A stretch of DNA of 64,000 bases from Mobula birostris (lineage: Eukaryota): assembly GCF_030028105.1 (NCBI RefSeq), contig NC_092370.1, positions 113,784,793 through 113,848,792 on the forward strand, given 5' to 3'. The position numbers and the translations under genes were made by a program. Shown here piece after piece: positions 63,114 to 64,000 of the stretch. Each line of letters starts with the position of its first letter. The first letter of the stretch is position 1. The notes beneath the pieces were generated by a model. That model had not been told where the DNA came from and ran no database searches. It worked only from the letters and a program-made list of their open reading frames with translations.

Positions 63114-63774
63114 ACAGGTAGATAGGGTCGTAAAGAGAGCTTTTGGTACATTGGCCTTTATTAATCGAAGTATTGAGTATAAGAGCTGGAATGTTATGAT
63201 GAGGTTGTATAAGGCATTGGTGAGGCCGATTCTGGAGTATTGTGTTCAGTTTTGGTCACCAAATTACAGGAAGGATATAAATAAGGTTGAAAGAGTGCAG
63301 AGAAGGTTTACAAGGATGTTGCCGGGACTTGAGAAACTCAGTTACAGAGAAAGGTTGAATAGGTTAGGACTTTATTCCCTGGAGCGTAGAAGAATGAGGG
63401 GAGATTTGATAGAGGTATATAAAATTATGATGGGTATAGATACAGTGAATGCAAGCAGGCTTTTTCCACTGAGGCAAGGGGAGAAAAAAACTAGAGGACA
63501 TGGGTTAAGGGTGAGGGGGGAAAAGTTTAAAGGGAACATTAGGTGGGGCTTCTTCACACAGAGAGTGGTGGGAGTATGGAATGAGCTGCCAGACGAGGTG
63601 GTAAATGCGGGTTCTTTTTTAACATTTAAGAATAAATTGGACAGATACATGGATGGGAGGTGTATGGAGGGATATGGTCCGTGTGCAGGTCAGTGGGACT
63701 AGGCAGAAAATGGTTCGGCACAGCCAAGAAGGGCCAAAAGGCCTGTTTCTGTGCTGTAGTTTCTATGGTTCTAT
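63114..63774 (+). mobile_element. Young 5'-truncated CR1 element with an open RT C-terminal frame (63151-63702)
   Basis: LYKALVRPILEYCVQFWSP...LGLYSLERRRMRGDLIEVYKI; tail TTCTATGGTTCTAT; absent in the other four copies of this region. Confidence 0.9.
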
Positions 63775-64000
63775 TGTTAAGTCTTTCTCCTTAAATCAAC
63801 TCATGCGTTAACAATTTCTCCTTCCGATAACTCCTTTAGCAGGTTAGGTTAATCAATTCAGACACTTCCTGTGTACATGCTCCGACTGCAATCGCTCTCC
63901 CAGCCGTTAGACGATAAGACACAGGAGCAGGATTAGGCCATTCGATCGATTGAGTCAGGTCAGCCATTTAATCATATCTGCTTCCTTTTCCCTTTCAGAC

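Overview
Vertebrate non-bacterial DNA, most likely from a cartilaginous fish. The repeat families (V-SINE, Penelope tails, CR1, Rex1) look batoid/ray-like, which is an inference. The window is part of the V-segment array of a rearranging antigen-receptor locus, best fitting T-cell receptor gamma (TRGV). On the minus strand are three intact V genes (2934-3357, 35121-35544, 61308-61731). Each has a 40-nt leader exon, an 84-nt intron, a 300-nt V exon and a 23-RSS (CACAGAG-23-ACAAAAACT). Two V pseudogenes (12137-18886, 42855-43106) share a 224-bp deletion of the 3' V exon and RSS, and one of them carries a full-length L1-type LINE in its intron. Two further V 'slots' have lost the gene completely (junction near 5168; 25055-25470). 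The V genes sit in 10-16 kb transposon-rich segmental duplications arranged X1-Y1-X2(no V)-X3-Y2-X4. V exons are more diverged (12-15 percent, mostly replacement changes, clustered in CDR1/CDR2/HV4) than the adjacent leader, intron and promoter (about 2-6 percent). No J or C exon was recognised; given the V orientation they should lie to the left of the window. All counts are by eye; no database searches were run.
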